Notes: generated from the letters alone by a model not told the origin. 64,000 nt of DNA from Camelus dromedarius (GCF_036321535.1 NC_087472.1:94552001-94616000); one strand, 5' to 3'. Positions 40,415 through 53,121 are shown, counted from the first letter of the stretch. Numbers and translations are program-made.

Positions 40415-40820
40415 TTTTTTTAGCTTTTTTTTTTAAATGAAGTATACTTGATTTACAATGTTATGTTAGTTTCAGATTACAGCAAAGAGGTTCAGTTTTA
40501 TATATATTTGTCTGTGTGTGAATATGTACACATATTCTTTTTCAGGTACTTTTCCGTGGTAGGTTATTACAAGATACTGAATATGGTTCCCTGTGCTCTA
40601 CAGTAGGTCCTTGTTGTTGATCTGTATCGTATACAGTAGTGTGTATCTGTTATCCCAAACTCTGAATTTTTACCTCCCCCTTTCCCCTTTGGGAACTATA
40701 AGTTTGTTTTCTATGTCTGTGAGTCTGTTTCTGTTTTGTAAATAAATTCATTTGTATCATTTTTTTAGATTCCACATGTAAATGATGCCGTGTGATATTT
40801 GTCTTTCTCTGTCAGACTTA
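40415..40820 (-). mobile_element. 5'-truncated L1 3' end, apparently inserted in a MIR
   Basis: gaagtatacttgatttacaatgttatgttagtttcag...gatattt gtctttctctgtcagactta; T-tail at left; MIR-like flanks. Confidence 0.88.
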
Positions 40821-41559
40821 CACTCCCTTTTAAATTGAAAGGGAAGGACTAGATGCTGTTTACAGGGGCTGTGGGCTTGATGTCTGGGCTATGGTGTTGA
40901 ACAGAGGTAGACTTGTACCATTTGCTCCTGTCTCTTCCCAGCAGGTAGTTGACGCTCTCTTCCGTCCTGTGTAAAATAGGGCTTCTCACTTCCTAATGTG
41001 CCCTCTGTCTGTCTGTCGCTTTGCTTTCTCTGCTCTCTCTCAGATGTGTTGTATAACTTTAAATGAGGTAGCGTGTATAAGGCAGCTAGTGCAGCTCCAC
41101 AACCTTTCACACATCAGGCATTTAACACCTAATTTGTGGCAGCACTATTATAGACAGTTGGGATAACGTAGTGAATAAAACATACAAAAATGCCTGTCTT
41201 CATGGAGCATAACATGAGAACAAGCCTTGCCAATTTCTTTTTTCTCCTTTTCTCCACATAGTGTTCCTTCACTTCTGAATATCTGCTATACTATCTCTCC
41301 TTTTCTTTCTAAAACCCTTTCCAGACACCTTTTTTTTTTATTAGTATGGAGTGCTGTGCCTGACTAATTTTTCTTTAACATTTAAAGATAAAATGAAACT
41401 CTTTCTCACTGTATAATCCACGTATGCTGTGGAAAATGGCAGATCTGTCTTAAGACTACATTTTGTAACTGTGCAGCTAAGAAAATCCAAGAGCACCACA
41501 ACATAATAGTAATATCTTTCATCAGAAGCCGACTATTTAAAATTATTTTTCCATATTTA

Positions 41560-42555
41560 CTGTAACTATTCCTACATCTATGTCGTCATCTTTACTGAAC
41601 CATTTGAAATGAAATTATAGACATGACATTACATCATAAATACTTCATCCTGTATCCCTTAAGAATAAGGACATTCTCCTGCTAGCAGTAACTCCCAGAC
41701 TAGTTTCACTCCCGAGGAGTTTAACGATAGAATAATTTTAGTTAACACAGAGTTCCTAGACAAAATTTCCAGAATTTCTCCAAATACTCTTTTACTGATT
41801 TTTGTTTCTGGCCCAAGATCCAATCAAGGATCACTTACTACATTTGGTTGCCATGTCTCTTTAACTTCTTTTAATCTAGAAAATTCTCACCAACTCTTTT
41901 TGTCTTTGATGATAGTGATATTCTGAAGAGACCAGGTCAGTTGTCTTATTGAATGCCCCACTTTGATTTACCCAAATGTTTCCTCGTGATTAGATACATG
42001 TCAAATATTGCCTTTTAAGAATTCTATAAATGTAATGTGCACTCATAATAGGGTATCAGAAAACACATAATTTCACTTTGTCCCAGTTTGGGTATGCTAC
42101 TTTGAAAACTGAATTAAGATGGTGTCTTTTAGTTCTCTTCATTGTAGAGGTATTTTTATCCATTGTAATTAATAAGCAGCTGTGGCTTCCTACTATGAGA
42201 CGATATTAATCTCCTGTTTCCCTACAACATTTCACTTAATGGTTTCAGCATCTGTTGATGATTCTTGCCCAAATCAATAATTGTATCAGTGGTTGCAAAG
42301 ATCATTGATGGTTTTCTGACTGTATTGTTACATATAAACGTGTTTGCTAGTGTTTTTCCTAAACAAAGAGCTTTCCTTATGTCCTTTTTGTTTTTTGAGT
42401 ATTACTATGGACTCAGTAATTTTTTATATTCAATATAATATAAACCATTATCATTACTTCTTTTTTTTTTTTTTTTTGATGTTCAAATTGTCCCACTTTG
42501 ACTGGTAGGAGCCTTCCTTGTGGCAACTCTTGTTCCCTTTGGTGTGACATCATGG
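41560..42555 (-). mobile_element. L1MC4/5-like ancient L1 3'UTR
   Basis: ctgaaccatttgaa...aaatacttcatc...taagaataaggacattctc; caagatccaatcaaggatcac...catttggttgccatgtctcttta. Confidence 0.75.
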
Positions 42556-43220
42556 AGTGTTTTAAATTTTAATTTAAACGTATTTGTTAAAACACTAAAA
42601 CATGTATTATATTATTCCAGTGACAAAAATTGTCCATTCCTTTGATATTTCCTCTAACTTAGAAATGATACCTCAAAGCTTATTTCTCCATTTTATGCAA
42701 CAGAAAGAGTAGAGTGAAATAAAATTATTGAATCACTTCATGAATAATGAACTACTCCCCGAAAACTGAACATAAGACATCTGTATCACAGTTGTGCTCA
42801 GCTGCATTTGTGTCATCGCTGATCATTCTGAGAAGAAACAAAAATTTGCCACCTTTTAATGAAGGTTAATTATACAGGAAAAATTTCACGGAGTTCTCAG
42901 GAAGCTTACCAGTGTTCTTGAGGTGTAATGATGATTTATCACTCTACATAGTTGCTGATAAAGCAATTCTCAGTAAAGTCTTAACAATTTGTTATCGCTG
43001 ATATAAAGTATATTATTTTTTAATTGGCCCTATCATCTATAACTGAGAAACAGGCCACACCATCTATCAGGTGGAAAGCTTGTTTTAAAATTGCTCCTAC
43101 ATACCTGTAATACATGTTTAATTTTCAGTTTTCTGTGACTCTTATTAAAGTTTGCTATTTTATCATTTCTTTGTGGAGAACAAATGCTCATTGTTTTGAG
43201 TGTTTGCTTCCTGGTATTTT

Positions 43221-43328
43221 TCTTTTCTTTTTCTTTCTTTCTTTTTTTGATGGAAGTACTAGGGATTGAACCCAGGACCTTTTGCATACTAAGCACGTGC
43301 CCTACCACCAAGGTACAGGCTCCCCCTC
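43221..43328 (-). mobile_element. tRNA-Ala-derived SINE (vic-1-like), short form
   Basis: Minus strand gggggagcctgtaccttggtggtagggcacgtgcttagtatgcaaaaggtcctgggttcaatccctagtacttcca plus A-rich tail; 12-bp TSD tcctggtatttt at 43209-43220 and 43329-43340. Confidence 0.9.
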
Positions 43329-44359
43329 TCCTGGTATTTTGTATAATTATTTGCAACGAATGTTTACCCTTTGGGCTTAAAACTACGAGAAATTATTTTG
43401 ACATTTGAGTATGACTTTCACAAGAAAATAAATTGACCTTCAGAGCTTTAGCGCCCTGTATGGCACTCAGAAATTCAGTCAATATTTTTATAAGGAAATA
43501 GATGAAGAATTTAAGAAAGAGAGAAACGTGCAGCAGAGTGTGATGGTGTCTAATAAAGATGCACCTTCTGTTCTCGACTGAACTTCTGGACCTGCAGCCA
43601 AGCCTCAACCCCTCATTTCTTTCTTGCCAAGCCTGGCCTTAGCTCCGCTAAAATAGGCAACCCAACAGATGGGATGGGAGATGCGGAAAAATCAGACAAG
43701 ACCCTCAACCAAGGCATAAAGGCAAAATGTCAGGATACAGACTGAGAAGGAAGTCATCCTTGTGAGCATCTCCCTGAGAGCATCATGATCAGGTTAAGGA
43801 AACCAGTTCAGAGTAGGTGGGAGCAGTGTGGATTGACTGCAGGGAAACAGCCTCTGCATAATATTGAAGCTCTAAAGCCAAAGATACTATTCCATAACAC
43901 TTCTGCACTGGTTCAGTTTTCTCCCTTTGGCTGAAGGTGCATCCATGCAGACTGAGTTCAGTCTAGGAATCCAGAAAGTCTAATATTGATCATCATTCTC
44001 CTGAACAGAAGCACTTGAATTACTAATGTGAGTTCTTCCCAAATAACGAATAAATCCCTTCTGTAAAAATATTTTTAAAACACCTTAAGAGAATTATTGA
44101 ATCTCCTTTCTCAATGCTTAAGAAGACCCTACTTGTTCAGGAAGTGTCCCAGATGCCCTTGAAGGAAAGGGGAGGAGAAAAGCGAGGCTGCACAGAAACA
44201 CTTGTCTTCTCAATCTAGGTAGCTGCTTTGTTTCTGTGAAAGAAATTGGCCACCCACATCGAGTGTTTCTTCCTGACCTAAATTCTGCAAGTGATTTTCT
44301 GAATAAGGGTTCACTTTAATTTATGATGAGTACCTATTCAGAGCTATTGCATCTTATTT

Positions 44360-44704
44360 TTTCTTATATATATTTTAGTAGAAGCATAGTCAGTTTACAG
44401 TGTTGTGTCAATTTCTGGTGTACAGTGTAATGCTTCAGTCATATAGGAACCTACGTATATTCATTTTCATACTCTTTTTCACCATGTTACTACAACATAC
44501 TGAATCTAGTTCCCTGTGCTGTACAGTATGTACCTGTTGTATCAGATTTTGTGAGAATCCTCCTGTATTTCAAAGTGAGAGACACTCTGCCAGGGTTCAG
44601 GAGGTGTTCTGTGCGATTCAGTGGGTTTGTAGTTGTAATTCTTGGTGTATTTGTGGGAGAGGGCGAGCTGTGAGCCTCTCTACTCCGCCATCTTGGCTCA
44701 ACCT
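44360..44704 (-). mobile_element. Mini-L1: L1 5' terminus fused to L1 3' terminus within one TSD
   Basis: 5' part aggttgagccaagatggcggagtag...ctcccacaaatacacc (44543-44704); 3' part similar to other L1 3' ends in the window (44378-44542); TSD ctattgcatcttattt / ctgttgcgtcttattt. Confidence 0.8.
44685..44696 (-). promoter_or_regulatory. YY1-type site at the L1 5' end
   Basis: ccaagatggcgg about 9 nt from the element start, where L1 internal promoters carry a YY1 site. Confidence 0.7.
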
Positions 44705-44774
44705 CTGTTGCGTCTTATTTCCTGAAATTATTTCACAGGACTGGTCACTACTTGATGTTATTAAGTACATTTAA

Positions 44775-44950
44775 ACACTGCATGTTCATCTGTTCCCTCA
44801 ACTCTTGGTCTCGTCTTTTATTAGAATATAAGCTGCATGAGCGCAAGGACTTGGTTCTGTGGACTTGGCAAGGACAACTGTGACACCAACACCAGAAAAA
44901 GTAACCTGGCTCACAGCAGATGCTTAATAAACATTCATTGTTGAATGAAC
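44775..44950 (+). mobile_element. L2 3' end
   Basis: tagaatataagctgcatgagcgcaaggac...cctggctcacagcagatgcttaataaacattcattgttgaatgaa. Confidence 0.75.
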
Positions 44951-45587
44951 TCTGGTCCTTACATATTTTCAGCTTGTATGAAGTGTATGTTGTTATTACC
45001 TTTTTCTTTATAGATGTGAAAACTAAAGTTTATAAAGTTGAAGTCTTTTCATGCCAACTGAATAGTAATTAACACTAAGTCTTCAATGGCATAAAATAAA
45101 ATGTTGGACTTAACATATTTCTGGATAAAGAAGCTTTGTTCAAGAAAATGTAGTTCATAATTTCTTTGTGGCTTCCTCTTTCACTTAGCTTTGCTCCATG
45201 TCAGATTTTGTGGTGAACAAAATGATAAAAATGACGATTCTGGTGATTATTTTTCTACCGGTTATCTTCCAAATTTAACAGCACCAAAGACTATCAGCCC
45301 CTTCGGGCTTGACAAAAGTCAGTCCACAGAAGGTGCTCTGAGCCCCTCCTGGCACAGGCTCCTCTGTTTCACTTTCAGCTTAGCAACCACACTAAACCAT
45401 CTACCTGTATTATTTTTTGCTCTTTGCCCAATTTTATCAGTCAAACAGATGCTAAAAATCAGAATAAACCGTGCCCAGATATGTGCCACGATTTAAAAGA
45501 ACCCAAACTTTTCTTATAGCCCAGAACTCTGGAGAACAATAATCCTGAACAAAAGAAAATTGACAACCATTCTAGATACTGGTAATA

Positions 45588-45607
45588 ACAACAACAACAA
45601 CAACAAT
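45588..45607. repeat. (CAA)n short tandem repeat
   Basis: Directly visible. Confidence 0.85.
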
Positions 45608-45681
45608 GATAAACAATAAAAGATAGAGAAGCAGAAGAACAGGTTTTCCCTAGCTGCAAAGCTCTCGTTGGTTCCATTCCC

Positions 45682-45849
45682 TTTTTTTTTTTTTTAAGAT
45701 GTTGAACATTTTTTTTCTTAATTTTTATGGGGGGGAGGTAATTAGGTTTGTTTGTTTGTTTATTTATTTAATGGAGGTGCTGGGGATTGAACCCAGTTCC
45801 TGGTGCTTGCTAAGCAGACACTCTACCCCTGAAGCTATACCCTCCCCCC
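45682..45849 (-). mobile_element. tRNA-Ala-derived SINE (vic-1-like), long form
   Basis: Minus strand ggggagggtatagcttcaggggtagagtgtctgcttagcaagcaccaggaactgggttcaatccccagcacctcca, then (taaa/caaa)n, cctaattacctcccc and an A tail. Confidence 0.9.
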
Positions 45850-46624
45850 TCCATTTCTATTTGTTGTTGAAGGGGACCCTCTCCGAATTCCATTTGAATG
45901 TTTTTGTGACCGAACATTTTTCCCTATTGTGATGAGCCAAATATACTTAGGAAAAGGAAAGCCCACAGAATGATTTTAAAATAAGGGAATACACATCAGA
46001 GCTTAACCTTTTAAGCAATGACTTGATTTTTAAACACAAATGGCAGTGGATAAGTAAGTAATAATTATGACAAGATGAAACAATGAATTTAAACAAAGAT
46101 AAGCTTGCTACCCAAATAGAATTTCATCAAAGAAAAGTGCCGTTGCAAGTTAATCAACATTTACCCTATTTATTCTAAAGCAATCTTGTTTTCTATTTTT
46201 TCCATCTAGTGTTAGATTTATGCTTTTGTTTCCTATTGACAAAGATTGACTAAATGTTACTCCAGTGTAATTTTTCTGTAGCATTAATTATAAATATCTC
46301 ACTGGAATAACATGAAGGCAGAAACTCATTTGGAAAGCCAGTCACCTAGACTGCATACTAATAAATTAAAATCAACAGATGAGAAACCAACCCCTTTCTC
46401 ACAAATAGAAATATCTTTCTTGATCCATTAGAGTTCACATGTCATAAATGCACAGTCTATGGTTGAATTTCCCTAATACATTAATATTATTAAAACATTA
46501 AAAATATTTATACTCAGTTACAAATCATCCTGGGCTGTGTAGCACATCACATCCACAGCAAAAATGTTAATTTGTAATTCTGTAATGAAGATAAAATACT
46601 CATATGCCTGCTGTAAGTAGTTAA

Positions 46625-46860
46625 TGATACCTGAGGTAGACAAAAGGGATACACAGACACACGAGTTCACGTAAAACTCGGGAAATTTGAACAAGATCCT
46701 TGTATTGTTTCACTGTCAATTTCCTGGTTGTAATATTGTGCTGTCATTTTGCAAGATATTATCATTGGGGGCAATTGGGTGAAAGGTGCACATGCTCTTT
46801 CTGTATGGTTTCTTACAACTGCATGTGACTACAATTATCTCAAAATAAAAAGATTACTTA
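46625..46860 (+). mobile_element. Ancient L1 (L1MD/ME-like) extreme 3' end
   Basis: tgtcaatttcctggttgtaatattgtgctgtcattttgcaagatattatcattgggggcaattgggtgaaagg...ttcttacaactgcatgtga. Confidence 0.8.
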
Positions 46861-47344
46861 AGATATGCAAGAAAATATTTACTTTGTATTTGACAGAAGA
46901 GAGAGTTTGGGGAATGGAAGTTAAGGAGAATTAAAAATAGGAAAGCTTTAAGTCACTGACATACTGGGGCTGCCCTCAGGCCAAGAGGGTTGTAAATACT
47001 CAAAGTAGACAGTTTAGAAGATTCTGCAAAACTTTATTTTACTCTGGCTTGACATTAACCTGGCTGGAGTCAACAGCTTACATCCTTATATTTTTGCAAA
47101 GGTTCCTATGGGTTTCTTGTATTTGTTTTTTTGTTGTTGTTTCTTCTTCGTTACATTGAATGAAATAAGGTCAGACCTGATAGAAGCTTATTCCCAGCTA
47201 TCTAATGGCCATGACAGGAGGGAGAAATGTACATAATTGGGAAGAGTGTGACAGACTAACTCAGTGGTCCTATATTTTTTCATCTTGTTTCTATTTGTGA
47301 ACTTTATAATTGTTTTGATCAAACTTATCAATTTTATAAAGACA

Positions 47345-47735
47345 CCCATTTTCTCTAAATTCACCTAAGATTTTAGTGTGCTCTCAATACAAAATATCAA
47401 GATTATTCTATTATAGAAATAATCCAATAATCCAAGTGACTTCAAAGCTCAGATGGCAAGAGGGAAAAAATGTGAGATGTGCCAAGAAATAATTTTAAAA
47501 GAACATTAAAGGGAACTAACCTTATTTTAAACCAAAATATGAAATAAAACTGAAGTCATTGAAACAAGGTAGAATTAGTGGAAGAAGTAGCAAAAGTTGG
47601 TAAAGCAGAAGAGAGAATTCCAAAAAAGACTCATGTATGGATAAGAATTAAGTTTACGATAAAGATACATTTCAAGCAAATAGGGAAATGTTATATTACA
47701 ATAGATTAAATGATGTTTGAAGGAAAAACATCATT
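47345..47735 (+). mobile_element. Highly decayed ancient L1 ORF2 fragment
   Basis: gccaagaaataattttaaaagaac...aaaactgaagtcattgaaacaaggtag...gagagaattccaaaaaagactcatg. Confidence 0.5.
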
Positions 47736-47789
47736 TAACTGAACTGTTTAAAACATATTTTTTGAAAAGTAATATAGAAGTTATGGAAA

Positions 47790-49190
47790 AAATTTTTTTG
47801 AATTAATTTTTTTATTAAAAAATTATAAAATTTTTAAAGGTTACTTTCCATTTTCAGTTATTACAAAATATTGGCTGTATTCTCTGTGTTGTACAGTACA
47901 TCCTTGAGCCTATCTTACATCCATTAGTTTGTACCTCCCACTCCCCTACCTCTATATTGCCCCTCCCCCTCTCCCGACTGGTAACCACTAGTTTGTTCTC
48001 TGTATCTGTGACTCAGCTTTTTTGTTATATTTACTATTTTATTTTTTAGATTCCACAAATAAGTGATATCATACAGTATTTCTTTCTCTGTCCAACTTAT
48101 TTCACTTAGCATAGTGCCCTCCAAGTGCATCCGTGTTGCTGCAAATAGCAATATTTCATTCTTTTCTTATGGCTGAGTAGTGTTCCATTGGCTATATATG
48201 CCACATCTTCTTTATTCATTCATTTGCTGATGGACACTTAAGTTCTTTCCATGTCTTGGCAATTGTAAATAATGCTGCTGTGAACATTGGGGTGCATGTA
48301 TCTTTTTGAATTAATGTTTTTGTTTCTTTCAGATATATACCCAGGAGTGGAATTTCTAGGTCATGTGGTAGTTGTATTTTTAGTTTTTTGAGAAACCTCC
48401 ATACCTTTTTCCACAGTGACTGCATCATTTTACATTCCCACTGACAGTGTACAAGGCTTCCCCTTTCTCCACATTCTCTCCAGCATTTCTTATTTGTAGA
48501 CTTTTTGATAATAGCCATTCTGACAAGTGTGAGATAATATCTCATTGTAGTTTTGATTTGCATTTCTCTGATAATTAGTGATTTTGAGCATCTTTTCATG
48601 TGCTTGTTGGCCATCTGTATGTCTTCTTTGGACAAATGTCTGTTTAGGTCTTCTGCCCATTTTTGGATTGGGTTGTTTGGTTTTTTTGTTACTGGGCTGT
48701 ATGAACTGTTTGTATATCCTGGAAATTAAGCCCTTCTCAGGCACAATGTTTGTAAATATTTTCTCCCAGTAACACGTTGTCTTTTCATTTTGTTGATGGT
48801 TTCCTTTGCTATGTAAAAGCTTATAAGTTTTATTAGATCCTATTTGTTTATTTTTGCTTTTATTTCTACTGCCTTGGTAGACTGACATAGGAAAACATAG
48901 ATACAATTTATGTCAGAGAGTGTTTTGCCTATGTTCTCTTCTAGGAGATTTATGGTGTCCTGTCTTAAGTTTAAGTCTTTAAGCTGTTTTGAGTTTATTT
49001 TTATGTATGCTATGAGGGAGTGTTCTAACTTTATTGATTTAGATGTGGCTGTCCAGCTTTCCCAACACCACTTGCCAAAGAGATTACCTGTTCCACATTG
49101 TATATTCTTGCCTCCTCTGTCAAAGATTAATTGACCATGGGTGTGTGGGTGTATTTCTGGGCTCCCTATTCTGTTCCATTGGTCCCATTT
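47790..49190 (-). mobile_element. 5'-truncated L1, ~1.4 kb (ORF2 C-terminus plus 3'UTR)
   Basis: ORFs WDQWNRIGSPEI...[42 protein letters not shown]...[18 protein letters not shown] (CCHC region); frameshifted. Confidence 0.95.
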
Positions 49191-49214
49191 ATTTTTTAAC
49201 ATCTATGACATCTG

Positions 49215-49325
49215 TGTGCCTAGAGAAGAATCCTACTCTGTGTTTCTACTCTTCATTCCACTCTGTTTTTTGAGTTTGGCTTTTTTAGATTCTGCAAATA
49301 AGTGAGAACATACAATATTTGTCTT
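49215..49325 (-). mobile_element. Small L1MA-type 3'UTR fragment
   Basis: gagtttggcttttttagattctgcaaataagtgagaacatacaatatttgtct. Confidence 0.65.
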
Positions 49326-50589
49326 GGTCTTAAACATTGGTTTCTAAATACTTTTGGCCTCATACCTCAGAAGAGTGTTCTGTAAAATTTTGTACTCCCA
49401 CTCATGTTTCTAAGTTATCATGTCCAAGTTGCAATATTAAAATAATCTCAAAGGAAATAATTTATAGTGAATTGTAAATGGTGACATTTTAAAATTAAAT
49501 TGGAACGTCACATTTTCGGTATTTCCAATGAAGTGTAAATATTGTATTATCTTGATGTCCATTATGATCTGCTTAAACATAAACAAATAGTTCTTTCTTA
49601 ATACCTAAAAATGTTACCTCATTCCTTTTTTAATTTGGTCGAGCATTTCCATTCCATTTCTCCCACAAAATTTATCCTAATGAGATATACTTTCTGCTTC
49701 TAATTCCTTTATTTATTTTGCTACCATATTCCAATGACTCATATGTGTATTTTGAAGTATTATATTTTTTAATTTGCTATGATAAAAAGCTCCAGTATTA
49801 ATTTTTTGGTTGGATGGAGTTGTCATCATGATATTAATTACTATGCAATTGATCAAAAGAATATAAACAAGACAGAATTTTGAGAAATAATTATTAAATA
49901 TGAAAAATAATTTATGGAAGTTTTTGTCTATTAATGAGATGGATGGGGATTTCCTTTTCCTTTCTACAGTTTATGTAATGCTGAATGGCTCTTATTGCTG
50001 CAATAAGCCAAGGTTGAACATAGACTTTATCCTCATTTTAATATTTTGTAATAGAGTGTTAACAAAAACTTGTTCACAAGAAGTAAAGAAATAGAAGTTT
50101 TGTTTTAGTGATTCAGTTCTTTGAACTCTGAAGTTGTATGCAAAAATAACCGAATGATCCACCATCAAAGAGAATTTTAATGATCTTTTAGCTAACAACT
50201 TGATTAGATTCCCCTTTAATTCCTTGGAAACCAGCAAAGGGAAAATCACTTGCCTCACAAAATGGATTTGCTGTGTAGTGATTAGAGTCATTCACTATCC
50301 CAAACCAGTATGATTCTATTAGAGCAAATTGTCCCATTGTTTGGAATCTGGAAGGTTTTTACCATCTGGAACAATGTTTAGGGATAGAGTAGAGGTTTTC
50401 TTTATTTTACAAGAGGCTAAGGAGGTTGTGAAAGGGGAGGAGGAAAAGAAGGACCAGAATCTCCATCACATGTGTGCCCTTCTTAGATGCATTTTAGGAA
50501 AGACTATGGAGGTTGAAGACCTGAAAGTCTTTGTGTAATTCATGTTTTCTCTTGTGGAGAAGTCTTTGACTGAGCCAGACATACACATA

Positions 50590-50955
50590 CTCTAGATTGA
50601 ACATCTCAGACTTAAGTGAAAAAGGCATTTATCATTTATTTGACCAGAAGTCTAGAGATTGGCCATCTCTCAGTTGATTCTGTGGCTTCACAGTGTCTCT
50701 GAGTATGCACATTCCTTCAGTCCTTCCCTGATAGGCACTCCAGGCATCATCGTCTCAAATGGCAACATCAAAAGCAGAAAACAATGGAGGAAAGATGATA
50801 CTTTTTCAGGAAGAAATCATTTCCCCAGAGGCCTAAAGTAGATTCTTTCCGTTTACCGGATAAGGGACACATGCTCACACTTTGATGAATCAAAGACAGA
50901 GGAAACAGAAGTGCCATAAACATAAATGACCAATTGTGATCAGGCCCCTGATGAA
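50590..50955 (-). mobile_element. Old MLT1 (J/K/L-like) LTR remnant
   Basis: ctcagacttaagtgaaaaaggcatttatcatt...actccaggcatcatcgtctca...ttccccagagg. Confidence 0.5.
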
Positions 50956-51019
50956 CTGGTCTCTATACACTGGGACTCTCCAAAACCAGTCCGAATCTTT
51001 TTTTAGCATAAAGAGGAGG

Positions 51020-51530
51020 TATTGTAGCCATTGTTGCCAGTGCTTTGCACATGTCTGCTAGGATTATTTTATCGTTTTTGTGCCTTTTACCGTTTTTATG
51101 TATACCACATGCTTTCACTCTCAACAACCAGCACCTGTATCTTTTTGTTCTGAGGACAGTCCTCAAACTGCCAACCTGCTTTGCTTGGGTGTGTGGAAGG
51201 CTGCCTGGGAATTTACTGCCCCCTTTCCCTTTCCCTGCCAAGAGACGTTTAACCAGTAACTGACTGGGACGTGGAGTAGAGATGCTGCAGCTCCCTTCTG
51301 TCGTGCCAGAGATGGCTCTCAAGCGTGATCAACACTGTCGCTAAGGCTCCTCTGTAGGATTTAGGCAACATTATCTTCCACGGGCCTTTGCTTGATACTG
51401 TGTGCCTGCTTGTCCCATCCCCAGCCCAGCGCTTCTTTCCCACTCCCCTAACTCGTTTCCCAGAAATCCTTTCTAGCAGATCACTTTTCCATGAGTCAGG
51501 GTCTTCTTCTAGACTATCCAGTCTAATACA
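51020..51530 (+). mobile_element. LTR16-like ERVL solo LTR
   Basis: tgtagcc start; ttaaccagtaactgactgggacgtggag...cagctccctt; ends atcacttttccatga...ccagtctaataca. Confidence 0.6.
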
Positions 51531-52177
51531 GGAGAGTTGGCTATTGGACAGCCACTGAACTGTTCTGGAAATCCCAGAACAGAGGGCTTTGGGATAGAGA
51601 AGGCAGGGGAGAAATCATGTGAATAGTTCACTATTTGTAAAATAGAGCCTATCAGTGAGTCTTATGGCAGTAAATACATTTGCCAACTTCCTTCCACAAC
51701 ATGTATAACTTTTAAACAGACTTAATCCCCAAAGATTCCTTGATACAGAACAGATAATTGTTAAAATAAATTCCAAGCCTATGATGCTTTGATTTAGGAA
51801 ATATAATCTGCTATAATTTTATCACACAAATCCCTTGCATAAATGAGAGAATTAAGAATTGAGGCATCTATGAATGTAGAATTTCATATATTTAGACTAT
51901 AAAAAATACATTAGAATTACTTTATAGTTCCCCAGTAGGATTTAGAGTAGGAGAATTATCTCTCTGTTATACAAACCATCTTCCTAAAATGATAAGATGA
52001 ATTCCCCAACTACATGCAGAAATCTGTTTTATTATTTGAAATCTATCTTACTTGATAGTAACACCTCATATGAGGAATCTCTGTGTACATTGTAATATGC
52101 AGTAGAAATATTCATATTTTAAATATATTAAAGATCATTGTTTAAATTATTTCTTAGCTAAAGACCCAATATATAGG

Positions 52178-52205
52178 GATAGATAGATACGTAGATAGAT
52201 AGATA
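52178..52205. repeat. Interrupted (GATA)n
   Basis: Directly visible. Confidence 0.8.
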
Positions 52206-52369
52206 AACATCTCTCCCTGGAATAAAGGGTGCCTGCACAGAAAATCTCTAAGGAGGTAAACTGATTTTTAAACCACATATGTTGGTTATACCAGTTGGTG
52301 AATGGAATGATTACAAATAATAAAATGATCTCTATAAATCCATTTGTCCACTACATGCAATGTTCTGTG

Positions 52370-52530
52370 ACACATATCTTTTAATTTGAGCCTCATAGCT
52401 CCTTATGAATTAAATGTAATTATCCCCATTTTTGCCTATAGAGCTTCAACAAGATTAAAGGTTCTTTTCCAAAGGTGTACGGCAAAGCAGTAACAGCTGA
52501 GATTTATACACGGGTCTCTATGAACCTTAA
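52370..52530 (-). mobile_element. MIR fragment
   Basis: ttaatttgagcctcatagctccttatgaa...attatccccatttt...ccaaaggtgtacggc. Confidence 0.6.
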
Positions 52531-52569
52531 TTAAGTATGTGGCACTACCCCATTGTGCCTGCACCATTT

Positions 52570-53121
52570 TATGAGACAAGAAATTCATCTCTTTAGTGAG
52601 AATTACCCTGAATTGTTCTACTGATGCTAGTTTGACAAAGCACAGTGCACTTCTAGTCTCCCTTAACTGCCTGAAAGACTTTAGACAAAGGGCCTGTTCC
52701 TAGAATACAGCCATCACCAGAGATATCTGCAGAGAATATGGGCTACGTGTGGGTGAAGGAAACTCTGTAGGGGGGCATGGAGATCAGAGTCTACTCTGTG
52801 TCCCATTGTCTCTGTGTGGCCCAATAAACATTTGTTTACCAAACATTTGTTTGTCCATGTCCATGTGATCTGCCTTTCTCCTTTTTGAAGCCTCAAATCT
52901 TTACCCTAAACATCCTCTTTCATCTTTGGCTGAAGTTGGTATTTGAGGTGAGGGTTTGGGCCATTTTGAGGAGTTACTCAGTTCTCCTGGGTCCCTCTCG
53001 TGTCTACACATTATTAAATTTTTGTTTGGTTTTCTTGTATTAATCTGTCTCATATCAAGTTAATTCTTAGACCAGTCAGAAGAATCTAGAAAAATAGAGG
53101 AAATTTTCTTCCTCCCCACCA
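52570..53121 (+). mobile_element. ERV1 solo LTR, MER34/MER39-like
   Basis: tttaccaaacatttg; gctgaagttggtatttgagg; attaaattttt...ttaatctgtctcatatcaagttaattcttagaccagtcagaagaatctaga...ttttcttcctccccacca. Confidence 0.7.

Noticed and set aside
43245..43326. tRNA-Ala gene
   Set aside because: Degenerate stems, an A-rich tail and a TSD show it is a SINE copy. The same applies to 45770-45849.
43448..43467. CTCF site (tgccatacagggcgcta on minus)
   Set aside because: Only the GGCGC half matches; the CCASYAG half is poor.
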